NCBI GenBank assembly: GCA_965223505.1 | Contig: CBDCWP010000021.1 | Span: forward strand, 1 to 64,000 | Source: Planctomycetota bacterium | GTDB taxonomy: Bacteria > Planctomycetota > PLA2 > JAEUHO01 | Direction of reading: 5' to 3' | Length of the DNA: 64,000 nucleotides | Part shown: positions 50,370-59,616 of the stretch, in pieces | How the letters are laid out: every line of letters starts with the position of its first letter | How positions within the stretch are numbered: position 1 is the first letter of the stretch | Notes under the pieces: generated by a model | What the model was told of the DNA's origin: nothing | Databases searched by the model: none | Seen by the model: the letters and a program-made list of their open reading frames with translations, nothing else | Translations under genes and position numbers: made by a program

Positions 50370-51059
50370 TCAATCATTCAGGAGCGCGCCGTCGCGCAGG
50401 TGCAGCACCCGGTCGGCCTCCGCCAGCATGCCGGGATCGTGGGTGACGACCAGCAACGCGCTCGTGCGCGTACGCTCACGCAGCAGCGCAATGACGCTGC
50501 GACCGGTCTCCTGGTCGAGCGCCGCCGTGGGCTCGTCGGCGAGCAGCACGTCCGGATCGTTGGCCAGCGCGCGCAGGACGCCCGCCCGCTGCCGCTCGCC
50601 GCCCGAGAGGCGATGCGGACGCTCGTCCAACATCGACGACATGCCGATCTCGGCCGCAATCGCCTCCACACGCCGTCCCGCCTCGGGACCGGTCGCGTGC
50701 GTGAGCGCGTTCTCGCGCACGCTCAGGTAGGGCACGAGGAAGGGCTCCTGAAACAGGAATCCGACGTGCGCGCGCCGGACACCGGCGCCACCGTCGGGTG
50801 TGGCCGGCAACGGGTTCCCGAGGAGCCATACCGCCCCTTGGTCCGCTGCGCGCAGACCCGCCAGCAGGAAGAGCAGGCTCGACTTGCCGGAACCGGACGG
50901 GCCGACCAGCCCGACGAACTCCCCGCGACGCACGGCGAGGCTCACGTGGTCGACGGCACGCACGCGCCGGTCGCCGTCCTGGTACTCGAGCACGAGGTCC
51001 TCGGCCCGTAGCAGCTCGTCGTCGTCTGGACGACGGTCGTGATGGTGGTGCTCGTGCAT
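50370..51059 (-). CDS. ABC transporter ATP-binding protein (LolD/MacB type) with His-rich N-terminus
   Basis: MHEHHHHD; GPSGSGKS, LSGGERQR, ADEPTAALD, VTHD. Confidence 0.9.
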   Translation of the reverse strand: MHEHHHHDRRPDDDELLRAEDLVLEYQDGDRRVRAVDHVSLAVRRGEFVGLVGPSGSGKSSLLFLLAGLRAADQGAVWLLGNPLPATPDGGAGVRRAHVGFLFQEPFLVPYLSVRENALTHATGPEAGRRVEAIAAEIGMSSMLDERPHRLSGGERQRAGVLRALANDPDVLLADEPTAALDQETGRSVIALLRERTRTSALLVVTHDPGMLAEADRVLHLRDGALLND

Positions 51060-52216
51060 CAGATCCCCCGCCTCTGGATGATCGCGACGGGATCCATCCG
51101 CCGTAGCCGCCGCGCGAGGGCAAGCGCGCTCACGGCGGCGGACAGCACCGGCACGGAGAGCGAGAACCAGAACGGGCGCGGGTCGAAGACCCACACCACG
51201 ATGCCCTTGGGGTCCAACGCCCACACCTTGTAGAGCCAGACGACGAGCACGCCCAGGGCCAGGCCCAGCAGCCACCCGGCGAACGCGACGAGCCCGGCCT
51301 CGAACGCGAGCTTTCGAACCAGCGCGCCGCGCTTGTGGCCGATCGCCAGATAGAGACCGAACTCGTCCTCGCGGACCTGGAACGCGATCACGTTCAGCAA
51401 GGCCGTCACGAACGCGACGACGATCGCGATGGCGCCCGTGATGAACCCGATCAGCAACGGCAGGTTCTCCATCGAACGATCCAGCCGCGTACGGAAGAAC
51501 GCCTCGTCGAATGTGCGAAACGCACGTTTGCCCGTGTAGTCGACGGCGTTGCGCAGATACGCGTCGCTCTCGGCCTTGCGTCCGGGTACCGCGTAGATCA
51601 GCTCGAAAGGCGGCAGACGCGCGAGCACCGACTGGGACTTCGCGGCGTGCTCGTAGTCGACGACGCCGACGCGCGAAGGGCCCTCGAGCACACCGACAAC
51701 GGTGAACCGGCCGAGGATCGCGTCGTCCTCGCTGACGTTCTGGCCGAACACGTCGCCCATCGACATGCCGCGCGCCCGCAGCACCGACGCGTGCACGACC
51801 GCGCCGTCGGAGCCTGCTGCCGGAAGCTCGCCTTTGGTGATACGGCAGCCCACGCGTTCGAGAAACCCCCGCTGGAAGTCGCTCGGCAGGGCGATCACGG
51901 GCGCGCGCCCCTCGCCGACGATCATCGGCGTTCGCATGGCCAGCGACTTCGCCGGAACGCGCTGCTCGAGCGCCGGGTTCGCGTCGAGCAGCTCCTGGAG
52001 CTCCTCGTCGAAGCTCACGCGCGAACGGGGCGCCACCATCGTGAACACCTCGAGCGGCTTGACATACGTCTCGCCCGTCGCCTCGAACGCGTTCGTCGCC
52101 GTCACGATCGCGACCATGAGGCACGTGACGAGCAGCTGAATGCCAAAGACGGGCAGAATGCGACGCGGGTTGCGGACGAGGTACGTCCAGGGCGACAGTG
52201 TGCGCTGCACGCTCAC
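51059..52216 (-). CDS. FtsX/MacB-like ABC permease
   Basis: 1+3 TM topology with large extracytoplasmic loop, R..EFG.Y.AIG, MDPVAIIQRR. Confidence 0.85.
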   Translation of the reverse strand: MSVQRTLSPWTYLVRNPRRILPVFGIQLLVTCLMVAIVTATNAFEATGETYVKPLEVFTMVAPRSRVSFDEELQELLDANPALEQRVPAKSLAMRTPMIVGEGRAPVIALPSDFQRGFLERVGCRITKGELPAAGSDGAVVHASVLRARGMSMGDVFGQNVSEDDAILGRFTVVGVLEGPSRVGVVDYEHAAKSQSVLARLPPFELIYAVPGRKAESDAYLRNAVDYTGKRAFRTFDEAFFRTRLDRSMENLPLLIGFITGAIAIVVAFVTALLNVIAFQVREDEFGLYLAIGHKRGALVRKLAFEAGLVAFAGWLLGLALGVLVVWLYKVWALDPKGIVVWVFDPRPFWFSLSVPVLSAAVSALALARRLRRMDPVAIIQRRGI

Positions 52217-53502
52217 GCCAGTGAGATGGACAGCAGCGTCTGGTCGTCCGCTTGGGGCTGGTTCGCGGTGAACACCGCCGTTGCGCGGCAGAGCCCGGCG
52301 ACCACGCCCGCGGGCGATCCCTCTGCGGCGCCGATCGCGTCCCGCACGCGCTCGTCTCCGAAGCGCTCCTGCCCCTCTCCCACGGCGTCGGCCAAACCGT
52401 CGCTGAGAATCAAGAGGGTGTCGCCCTTGGCGAGCGTCCCGCTACCGCCTTCGTACGTGGACTCGGGCAGGATGCCGAGCGGCAAGCCGAGCGGTTCGAG
52501 CCACTCATCGAGCGTGCCGTCGGCGCGCCGGATGATGGGCGCGAGGTGGCCCGCGTTCGCGAACGCGATCTCGCCGGAGGCCGGATCGAGCACCGCGTAG
52601 AAGAACGTCACGAACATGCCGCGTGACGCGCGCGCGGCGACGATCTTGTTGACGGCCGTGAGCGTCTTCGCCACGTCGTCGTGGTAGAGCGCTTCATAGC
52701 GCACGTCGGACATGATCCGGGCGCCGAACAACGCGCCGGGCACGCCCTTCCCGGACACGTCGCCGACCATCACGCCGACGCGCCCGCCCGGCAGGCGAAT
52801 CACGTCGTAGAAGTCGCCGCCGACGTGCTGTGCCGGCACGGAAGAGACGGCGCCGATCACGCCCTTCAGGGCCGGGAACTCCCCCGGCAGGAACGTCTTC
52901 TGGATCTCGGAGGCGACTTCGAGCTGTTGGCGCAGCAGGTCGCGCTCGCGCTCGGCGCGTTCGAGCCGCACGCGGTCGAGCGTCGCCGCCGCCTGGCCCG
53001 CGAAGGCCTCGATCAGCGGAATGTCCGCCTCGGTGAAGCGCCGCGTGATCGCGTTGCTGTCGACGTAGATCACGCCGATGATGCCCTGTTTCGTCTTCAA
53101 CGGCACGCACAGGATCGTGCGCAGGGAGAGGCTGATGATGCTCATGCGCGCCTGGTAGGCGTCCGACGAGGCGGCGTCGTCGATCAGCTTCGTGATGCCC
53201 TTCTCGGCGACCTCGCTGACGACCCCCTGGCTCACGCGGAACTTCTTCTCCTCCAGCGGCTTGCCCGTCTTGTCGCGGGCAATCGTGAAGTCGAGTTCGC
53301 CGGTCTCCTCGTCCCGCAACATGAGGAAGCCGCGGTCGGCGCGCACGATCGACACGAGACTGTCGACGATGGTCTCCAGCACGGCGTCGAGGTTGACCTC
53401 GGCGTTGATCCGACGCGTTACGCTCAGGAGGTTCTGAAGACCCTCGGCCTCGAGAGATTCGAGGCTGACGTCAGCTTCGGGGGCCCCTTCTTGGTCCGAC
53501 AT
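52213..53502 (-). CDS. GAF plus PP2C (SpoIIE/RsbU-like) phosphatase
   Basis: GAF (ILCVPL..IGVIYVD), VGGDFYD, GDVSGKG, NAGH, SDGL, DDQT. Confidence 0.93.
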   Translation of the reverse strand: MSDQEGAPEADVSLESLEAEGLQNLLSVTRRINAEVNLDAVLETIVDSLVSIVRADRGFLMLRDEETGELDFTIARDKTGKPLEEKKFRVSQGVVSEVAEKGITKLIDDAASSDAYQARMSIISLSLRTILCVPLKTKQGIIGVIYVDSNAITRRFTEADIPLIEAFAGQAAATLDRVRLERAERERDLLRQQLEVASEIQKTFLPGEFPALKGVIGAVSSVPAQHVGGDFYDVIRLPGGRVGVMVGDVSGKGVPGALFGARIMSDVRYEALYHDDVAKTLTAVNKIVAARASRGMFVTFFYAVLDPASGEIAFANAGHLAPIIRRADGTLDEWLEPLGLPLGILPESTYEGGSGTLAKGDTLLILSDGLADAVGEGQERFGDERVRDAIGAAEGSPAGVVAGLCRATAVFTANQPQADDQTLLSISLA

Positions 53503-53554
53503 GTGTCGCTCCGGACAACGGGCCTCGATCCTACCCCAAGGCTCGCAAGACCCC

Positions 53555-54279
53555 TCAGTGCGATGGACTTTGTCGCAGAGTCCTGTTCACGACATCGAGC
53601 AGCTTGTCGGAGAGGAACGGCTTGTTCAGGTGCGCGGTCCTGCGGGCCACTTCGCCGACGCGGCTCCGCTCGCGTCGCCGGACTCGACGATGATGGGCAT
53701 TGGCTGCGCCAGTGCCTGAATCCGCTCCGCGATCTCGCAGCCGGGCGCGTCCGGGAGGTGGTTGTCGAGCAGCGTCAGCGCGACGCGGCCAGGCGCCCCC
53801 GCGAGCAGGTCGAGGCCGTCCTTGCCCGTCGCCGACTCCCAGACCACGAACCCCGCCTGCTCGAGGTAGAGCCGGGTGATCTCGCGAACGCCGGGCTCGT
53901 CGTCGATGATGAGGACGGTCCTGCCCTCGGAAGGAGGCCCGGCCACCGCCGTCGGCGCTTCGGTTCCGGGCACGGACAGCTCGGACGGCAACGAAACGAG
54001 CACCTCGGCGCCCTTGCCGCTGCCGCCGAGTCGATCCGCCCACCGACGCGCTCGACCAGATCGCGCACGACCCACAGCCCCATGCCCGTCGCGAGCGTCG
54101 GGGCGCGCGATGACGCGGGCCATGAACGAGGCCGCGCTGCGCAGCACGGCCATCTGCTCTTCGGTCGGCTCGAACGAGCGTCCTTCGCTGGCGGCGAGGG
54201 CGGCGATGACGTCGCCGCCGTTGAGCGCGGCACGAAAGACCGTATGAGCTGCCATGTTCCACCACCCATCCGGGTTCAT
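53555..54279 (-). pseudogene. Frameshifted remnant of hybrid histidine kinase/receiver
   Basis: HATPase G2 box (TGMGLWVVRDLVERVGGRI), receiver core (VLIIDDEPGVR..LLDNHLPD..SGD) and receiver end (LNKPF..LLDVV) lie in three different frames; no H-box. Confidence 0.7.
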
Positions 54280-54379
54280 CCGCGACCCACGCTAGGGAAC
54301 AGGCGCGCGCGAACAAGCCGCCTGTCGCGGTGTCTTGAGGACTGGTTCATTGCGGATACGCGTCCTGTAAGGTGCGCGC

Positions 54380-55546
54380 ATGAACGCGAAGGGCGACAGT
54401 CCCTGGCAAGTCGACCGCAATCCCCTAAGGCCGCTGCGGGGATCGGTGCGGGCCGGCACCGTGATCGTCGGCGCGGGCATCGCGGGTCTTCAGCTCGCGC
54501 GCTCGCTCGCGGAGCGCGGCGACGAGGTCGCGATCGTGGAGGCCCGGCACATCGGACACGGCGCGTCGGGGCGCAACGCCGGGTTCTTGCTCGCCGACGG
54601 CGCGACTCCGTACGCCTCGCTCGCGGCGCGAGACGGCAACGAGATCGCGCAGGCGGTCCGCTTGCTCGGAACGCGTTCACGCGAGATCGTCGCGGCGCTC
54701 GACGCGCGCGCGATCGGCCTTCGCTCGTGCGGCAGCCTACGGCTCGCATGCGACGCGGACGAGGCCGACGCCCTACGCAAGACGGTCGGCGCGCTCGGCG
54801 ACCCGCTTCGGTTCGTGGAAGCGCACGAGCTCCCGGCGCCGTGGCGCGACCACTCGTTCTTCGGCGCCGCGGAGGACCCCGACGACGGCGTGATGAATCC
54901 GATGCAGCTGCTGTGTGAGACGTGGGAGCGGGCGCGCGACGCGGGCGCCGTGTTGTTCGAGCGTTCGCCCGTTCGCTCGATCGAGGCGTCGTCCCGCGGT
55001 GTGGAGGTCACGACCGACGCGGGAACGCTCTCTGGCGAGCGTGTCGTGATCGCGACGAACGCGTGGGCGCGCGCGCTGCGTGGTCTGCCGATTCGACCGA
55101 TGCGCGCGCAGATGCTGGCGGCGCGCGTCGACCCGACGCCGGCTTGGCCGCAACCGGTGTACGCGCGTGGTGGCGCCGACTACTGGCGCGTCCTCGACGG
55201 CGAGATCCTGATCGGCGGCTGTCGCGATGCGGGCGGCCCCGCGGAGGCCTGTGACGAGGCGCGTCCGAGCACGGCCGTGCAGTCGGCGCTGGACGTGCTG
55301 CTGCGCTCCCTCGTTCCCGGGGGCGCCGTCGAGATCACTCACCGGTGGGCCGGCCTGATGGGGTTCACGCCGGACGAGCGACCGATCGCGGGGCCGATCG
55401 ACGACACCGGGCGGGTTCACGCGCTGGCCGGCTTCAACGGGCACGGGATGGGTTGGGCGCCGGCACTGGCGGAGGCGCTCGCCGAGCAGCTGACGGGCGG
55501 AAACCGAGTGCATGCATCCTTCGCCGCCGTCCGCTTCGACGGGTAG
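54380..55546 (+). CDS. FAD-dependent oxidoreductase (DAO/PuuB-like)
   Basis: VGAGIAG, GASGRNAG, VIATNAW, WAGLMGFTPD..P..G, GFNGHGM. Confidence 0.9.
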   Translation: MNAKGDSPWQVDRNPLRPLRGSVRAGTVIVGAGIAGLQLARSLAERGDEVAIVEARHIGHGASGRNAGFLLADGATPYASLAARDGNEIAQAVRLLGTRSREIVAALDARAIGLRSCGSLRLACDADEADALRKTVGALGDPLRFVEAHELPAPWRDHSFFGAAEDPDDGVMNPMQLLCETWERARDAGAVLFERSPVRSIEASSRGVEVTTDAGTLSGERVVIATNAWARALRGLPIRPMRAQMLAARVDPTPAWPQPVYARGGADYWRVLDGEILIGGCRDAGGPAEACDEARPSTAVQSALDVLLRSLVPGGAVEITHRWAGLMGFTPDERPIAGPIDDTGRVHALAGFNGHGMGWAPALAEALAEQLTGGNRVHASFAAVRFDG

Positions 55547-55557
55547 GCTGCGCCCGC

Positions 55558-56571
55558 ATGATCGAAGGCAGGGACGTCGTCACGCTCGATACTTTCACGG
55601 CCGACGAGATCCGTTGGGTAACAGCACGGGCGCGTGAAATGAAGCAGGAGGGCTTCGGCGCTCCCCTGCAGGGTCGCTCGTTGGCCATGGTGTTCTTCGA
55701 TCCGTCGCTGCGCACGCGGGCGTCGTTCGACATCGCGTTCTCGACGCTCGGTGGCACGGTGATCGACCTGGTCGCCTCGCGCGACCTCTGGCCGCTGGAG
55801 ATTCGAGAGGGCGTGGCCATGGACGGCGCGGCGGACGAGCACGTGCGCGACGCGGTCGCCGTGCTCTCCGAGTACGCGGACGCCATCGCCATTCGCGCGC
55901 TCGCGCGTCATACCGACTGGAGCCAGGAGCGGCGCGATCAGGTGATCGTGGCCTTCCAGAAGTACGCCAACGCGCCGATCTTCAACATGGAGAGCGTGCT
56001 GGACCACCCCTGCCAGGCGTGGGGCGACGCGCTCACCCTCGAAGAGGAGCTCGGTGACCTGCGGGGCAAGAAGATCGCGCTCACGTGGGTCTATCACCCC
56101 AAAGCGCGCCCGTTGGCCGTCCCCCACGGCGTCGGCGTCATGGCGGCCAAGCTCGGCATGGAGCTCACGGTCTGTCATCCCGAGGGCTACGCGCTCGACA
56201 GCGGCGTGAACGACACGATCAGCCGCTGCGCGGCGGAGTCCGGCGGCACGGTGCGAACGTGCGACGACCTGGCGGAAGCCGTGGAAGGCGCCGACGTCGT
56301 CTACGCGGCGCCCTGGGGCGCGATCGATCTACACGGTCAGCCCGAGCGCGCGAAGGCGCGTCGCGACAAGCACCGCGATCGGCGCATCACGCAATCCCTG
56401 ATGGCAGCCACGAACGCGGGGCGGTTCATGCACGCGATGCCCGTGCGTCGCAACGTCGAAGCGGACGACGCCGTGATCGACGCGCCGCACAGCTTGGTGA
56501 TCCGCCAGGCGGCGAACCGGCTTCACGTTCAGCGCGCGCTCTTCACGTCGGTCTTGGGCGCGGGCGCGTAG
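55558..56571 (+). CDS. argF: N-acetylornithine carbamoyltransferase (ArgF'-type)
   Basis: FFDPSLRTRASF, WPLE..G..MDG..EHV, HPCQ, TWVYHPK, MHAMPVRRNVE, QAANR. Confidence 0.85.
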   Translation: MIEGRDVVTLDTFTADEIRWVTARAREMKQEGFGAPLQGRSLAMVFFDPSLRTRASFDIAFSTLGGTVIDLVASRDLWPLEIREGVAMDGAADEHVRDAVAVLSEYADAIAIRALARHTDWSQERRDQVIVAFQKYANAPIFNMESVLDHPCQAWGDALTLEEELGDLRGKKIALTWVYHPKARPLAVPHGVGVMAAKLGMELTVCHPEGYALDSGVNDTISRCAAESGGTVRTCDDLAEAVEGADVVYAAPWGAIDLHGQPERAKARRDKHRDRRITQSLMAATNAGRFMHAMPVRRNVEADDAVIDAPHSLVIRQAANRLHVQRALFTSVLGAGA

Positions 56572-56828
56572 CCGCGATCCAGGTCGAGCTCGGCGGGCGG
56601 CCGGGCCGCGGCGTCGGTGCCGCGCGCCATGAGCGCCGAGACGACGAGGATCGAGCCCAACAGCGCGAAACAGCCGGCGATCGTCCAGACGATGATCTGC
56701 GGCCAGAGGTAGACCGCGACGCCGGCGCCGATTGCGATCAGTCCCGCGACGAGCATGCCGACGCGCCACCGCATCGATCGTCCCGGGGGGTTCCACGTGC
56801 CTTGCTTGCCTTCCACCGTGCGATTCAT
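56529..56828 (-). CDS. Small two-TM membrane protein
   Basis: Two hydrophobic helices (GMLVAGLIAIGAGVAVYLWP; IIVWTIAGCFALLGSILVVSAL); overlaps the end of argF'. Confidence 0.5.
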   Translation of the reverse strand: MNRTVEGKQGTWNPPGRSMRWRVGMLVAGLIAIGAGVAVYLWPQIIVWTIAGCFALLGSILVVSALMARGTDAAARPPAELDLDRGYAPAPKTDVKSAR

Positions 56829-56912
56829 CCTCGTCCAAACCGGGTCCGGATCCGGCTGGACCGCTCCGGCGGGGTCGGTACCTTACCCTACCTTCCGAAT
56901 CCGAGGTCGCGC

Positions 56913-57149
56913 GTGGCGGACAAAGACAGCAAGCTTTCCGAAAACGTCGACGGCGCGTTCTACGTCGATGATCAGTGCATCGATTGCGACGCCTGCCGCG
57001 AGACCGCGCCCGACTTCTTCACGCGCAATGACGACCGGGGCTACTCGTACGTGTACCGGCAGCCGACGAACGAAGACGATCGGGAGCTCTGCCGCGAAGC
57101 GATGGAGGGTTGCCCGGTCGAGGCGATCGGGGAGGACGGAGAGGAGTAG
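56913..57149 (+). CDS. Single-cluster ferredoxin
   Basis: ENVDGAFYVDDQCIDCDACRETAP..CPVEAIG; GAGG RBS before GTG. Confidence 0.92.
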   Translation: MADKDSKLSENVDGAFYVDDQCIDCDACRETAPDFFTRNDDRGYSYVYRQPTNEDDRELCREAMEGCPVEAIGEDGEE

Positions 57150-57174
57150 GAGGACGGGAGGCCTAGGATCCGTC

Positions 57175-58068
57175 CTACTTGGCGTTCGCCTCCGCGATCT
57201 GCTTGGCCGCGATCTCGTCGAGGCGCTTGGACGCCTTCTTGATCTCCGGATCGTTCGCCTTGATCCAGTCCTGCGCCATCTTGGCCGTCGCGAACTCCTC
57301 GCCCGTCAACAGCTTCAGCACCTCTTCGACGATGGGAACGATGTCGCGCTGGTTGCGCGCGGCGCGCTTGCCCTTGCGTTTGTTCTTCGCCATCTGCTCG
57401 CGGCCGAGGCGCTCCGCTTCGCGCTGGTCGCCGTCACCGGCCGTGCCGGTATCGACCGTGACCGACACCCCGTCCCACTTCACGCCCTTCTCGAGCTTGA
57501 TGGCCTTCAGGAGCTTGAAGATGTCCTCGACGAGCCGCATGTCCCTGAGCTCGCCGATCGCGAGGAACGCGTGCTTCTTGACCGAGTAGTCCTTGTGACT
57601 GGTGAGCTCCTTCAGCTTCTCGGACGCGGCCTGGTACTCGAGCGCGACGATGGCGTTGACGCCCGCCATCACGAGGGTCGAATCCTTACTCTGCTTCTCC
57701 ATCGCCTTGAGCACGCGCTCGCCGGCGTAGCCCGGCAGCGCGCGCTGCTTGCCCAGGTAGATGACGGCGGCGGTGCGCAGGTCCGGGCTGCGGTTCTTCG
57801 TCTGCTTGAAGAGCACGTCGGCGACCGAGCGGTGCTGCACCACCGCGAGCTGACGCATGGCCCAGTCCTGTTGAGCGAGCTTCTCGTCGCCCTTCAGCCC
57901 CTTCGCCTTGAACTCTTCCTTGAAGACGCTGATCGCTTCGGCCGCGGCCTCGTCCGACGCAATCGGCGGAATCGGTTCCTTCTTCTTCTCGTCCTCGGCC
58001 CCGGCGAACGGCGCCAAGACGGCGAGACAGAGCAACGTGACGCCGAATGCGGTCAGGTGGCGCGCCAT
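57175..58068 (-). CDS. Secreted HEAT-repeat protein
   Basis: Signal peptide; PDLRTAAVIYLG, DYSVKKHAFLAIG, LTGEEF. Confidence 0.75.
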   Translation of the reverse strand: MARHLTAFGVTLLCLAVLAPFAGAEDEKKKEPIPPIASDEAAAEAISVFKEEFKAKGLKGDEKLAQQDWAMRQLAVVQHRSVADVLFKQTKNRSPDLRTAAVIYLGKQRALPGYAGERVLKAMEKQSKDSTLVMAGVNAIVALEYQAASEKLKELTSHKDYSVKKHAFLAIGELRDMRLVEDIFKLLKAIKLEKGVKWDGVSVTVDTGTAGDGDQREAERLGREQMAKNKRKGKRAARNQRDIVPIVEEVLKLLTGEEFATAKMAQDWIKANDPEIKKASKRLDEIAAKQIAEANAK

Positions 58069-58158
58069 GGCGAATCTCCAGATCACAGGCCGTCAATGAT
58101 AGCAGGTCGAGGGATGGGAGCGCCGTGAAGTCGACGGCCGGCGCTACCCACGAAAACC

Positions 58159-59583
58159 CTATTCGTAGAGATTCAGGTACGTTCCCCCGCTCGCGTTGGC
58201 GATCGCCGCCATCATCTCGTAGGCGTGCGACTCCACCCCGATGGTGTGGATCGGGACCATGCGCAGCCGCGCCTTCAGCCCGATCGCCGCTCCGACGACC
58301 GCAGGCTCCTTGAGTTCGCCCTGGTTGGGCGCGTTGCACGCAGTGAAGAAGATCTCGTCGGGGCCCGACTTCCAGGCCGCCGAGTCCTTGGCCCCGCCCA
58401 GGTCGAGCGCGTCGCGCATCGCGTCGTAGTGCGCCATGCCCGCCCCGTGCACGAGTCCGTCGATCGTCTCGATCGCGGTCTTCTTCGTGCCCCCGTTCGC
58501 CGAGGTGAACTTGCCGAACGTCGTGTTCACCGTCGTGTTGAAGGCGAGCAGGTCGAACTTCGTCGACTTGGGCAGGTCGTTGATGGCCCGCTTAAAGTGC
58601 GCCTGGATGAACGCGCCCACGGTCAAGAGGCGCGTGTGCAGAATCGGTCGCGCACCCGGCACCTCGCACAGAGCAAGCAGGCGGTCGACATCCTTGAAGC
58701 GGTGTGGATCTTCGTTGCGCTGGCTGTTGGTGATGATGAAGACGACGCGCCGGCCGTAGACGGGAATGCCGAACGCGTGCGGGAGCTTCTCCGGCTTGCG
58801 ACGGATCGACGCCGGATCGGCGCCGCCTGCGTAGGCCTTCCACGCGGGAACGTCCAGGCCGAAGTCCTGATCGGTCAGGAACGCAAGCGTCTCGATCAGA
58901 TCGCGGCGTTCGCGCCCCTTCGACATGGCGAGGCTCGCAACGAGCGGCCCGAGCAGCGGCTGCACCTCGAAGGAGGCCGCCCGTTTCGGCTTCACGTTCG
59001 GATCGGGCTCTTCGCCTTCCTTGGGCTTGGGCGGCTCCTCCGTGGCGATGAACCGCAGGGCGCGCGCCGCGGCCGCGCGTATCTGCCAGTCCTTGTGCTT
59101 GAGCAGCTTCACGAGCGGCTCGATCGCGTCCCTGGACTTGCGCCGGCCGAGAACGAGCGCGGCCTGGGCAGCGGCCATGGCGTCCTTGCCGTTGAGCATC
59201 TCCATGAGCAGCGCGGTGCTCTTCGCGTCCGTCTGGCCCTCCATCGACATCAGCACGTAGAGCTTCGTCGCGCCCTTGCTCTTGCGCAGCGCCGTCGCCT
59301 TGGCCTCCTGCGCTTCCAGCGAGTTCTGTCCCGACAGCGCGCGGATGCCCGCGATGACCACAGCCGGGTTCTCTTCGCGGGCCATCGCCGACAACGCCTC
59401 GCCCACGGCGTCGGCGCTGTCGTGGTACGCGAGCACGGCGAACGCGTCCTCGCGTTCCTTCCAGTCGTCGCTCTTCATCGCCGCGCGAAACTCCTTGCGC
59501 GCGTCGCTCCAATCCTCGGCGACGGCGGGCGCGGGTACGGCGAACAAGCACAGCAAGACCGCGGCGGTTACGAAGCGAGGCAT
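58159..59583 (-). CDS. Secreted HEAT-repeat plus vWA-like protein (degenerate MIDAS)
   Basis: Signal peptide; DWQIRAAAARAL, LTDQDFG..W, FGIPVYGRRVVFIITNSQ, PDEIFF, IHTIGV, IANASGGTY. Confidence 0.8.
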   Translation of the reverse strand: MPRFVTAAVLLCLFAVPAPAVAEDWSDARKEFRAAMKSDDWKEREDAFAVLAYHDSADAVGEALSAMAREENPAVVIAGIRALSGQNSLEAQEAKATALRKSKGATKLYVLMSMEGQTDAKSTALLMEMLNGKDAMAAAQAALVLGRRKSRDAIEPLVKLLKHKDWQIRAAAARALRFIATEEPPKPKEGEEPDPNVKPKRAASFEVQPLLGPLVASLAMSKGRERRDLIETLAFLTDQDFGLDVPAWKAYAGGADPASIRRKPEKLPHAFGIPVYGRRVVFIITNSQRNEDPHRFKDVDRLLALCEVPGARPILHTRLLTVGAFIQAHFKRAINDLPKSTKFDLLAFNTTVNTTFGKFTSANGGTKKTAIETIDGLVHGAGMAHYDAMRDALDLGGAKDSAAWKSGPDEIFFTACNAPNQGELKEPAVVGAAIGLKARLRMVPIHTIGVESHAYEMMAAIANASGGTYLNLYE

Positions 59584-59616
59584 GACAGCCCAGGTTAGCG
59601 CATCGACGGAGTCCCG

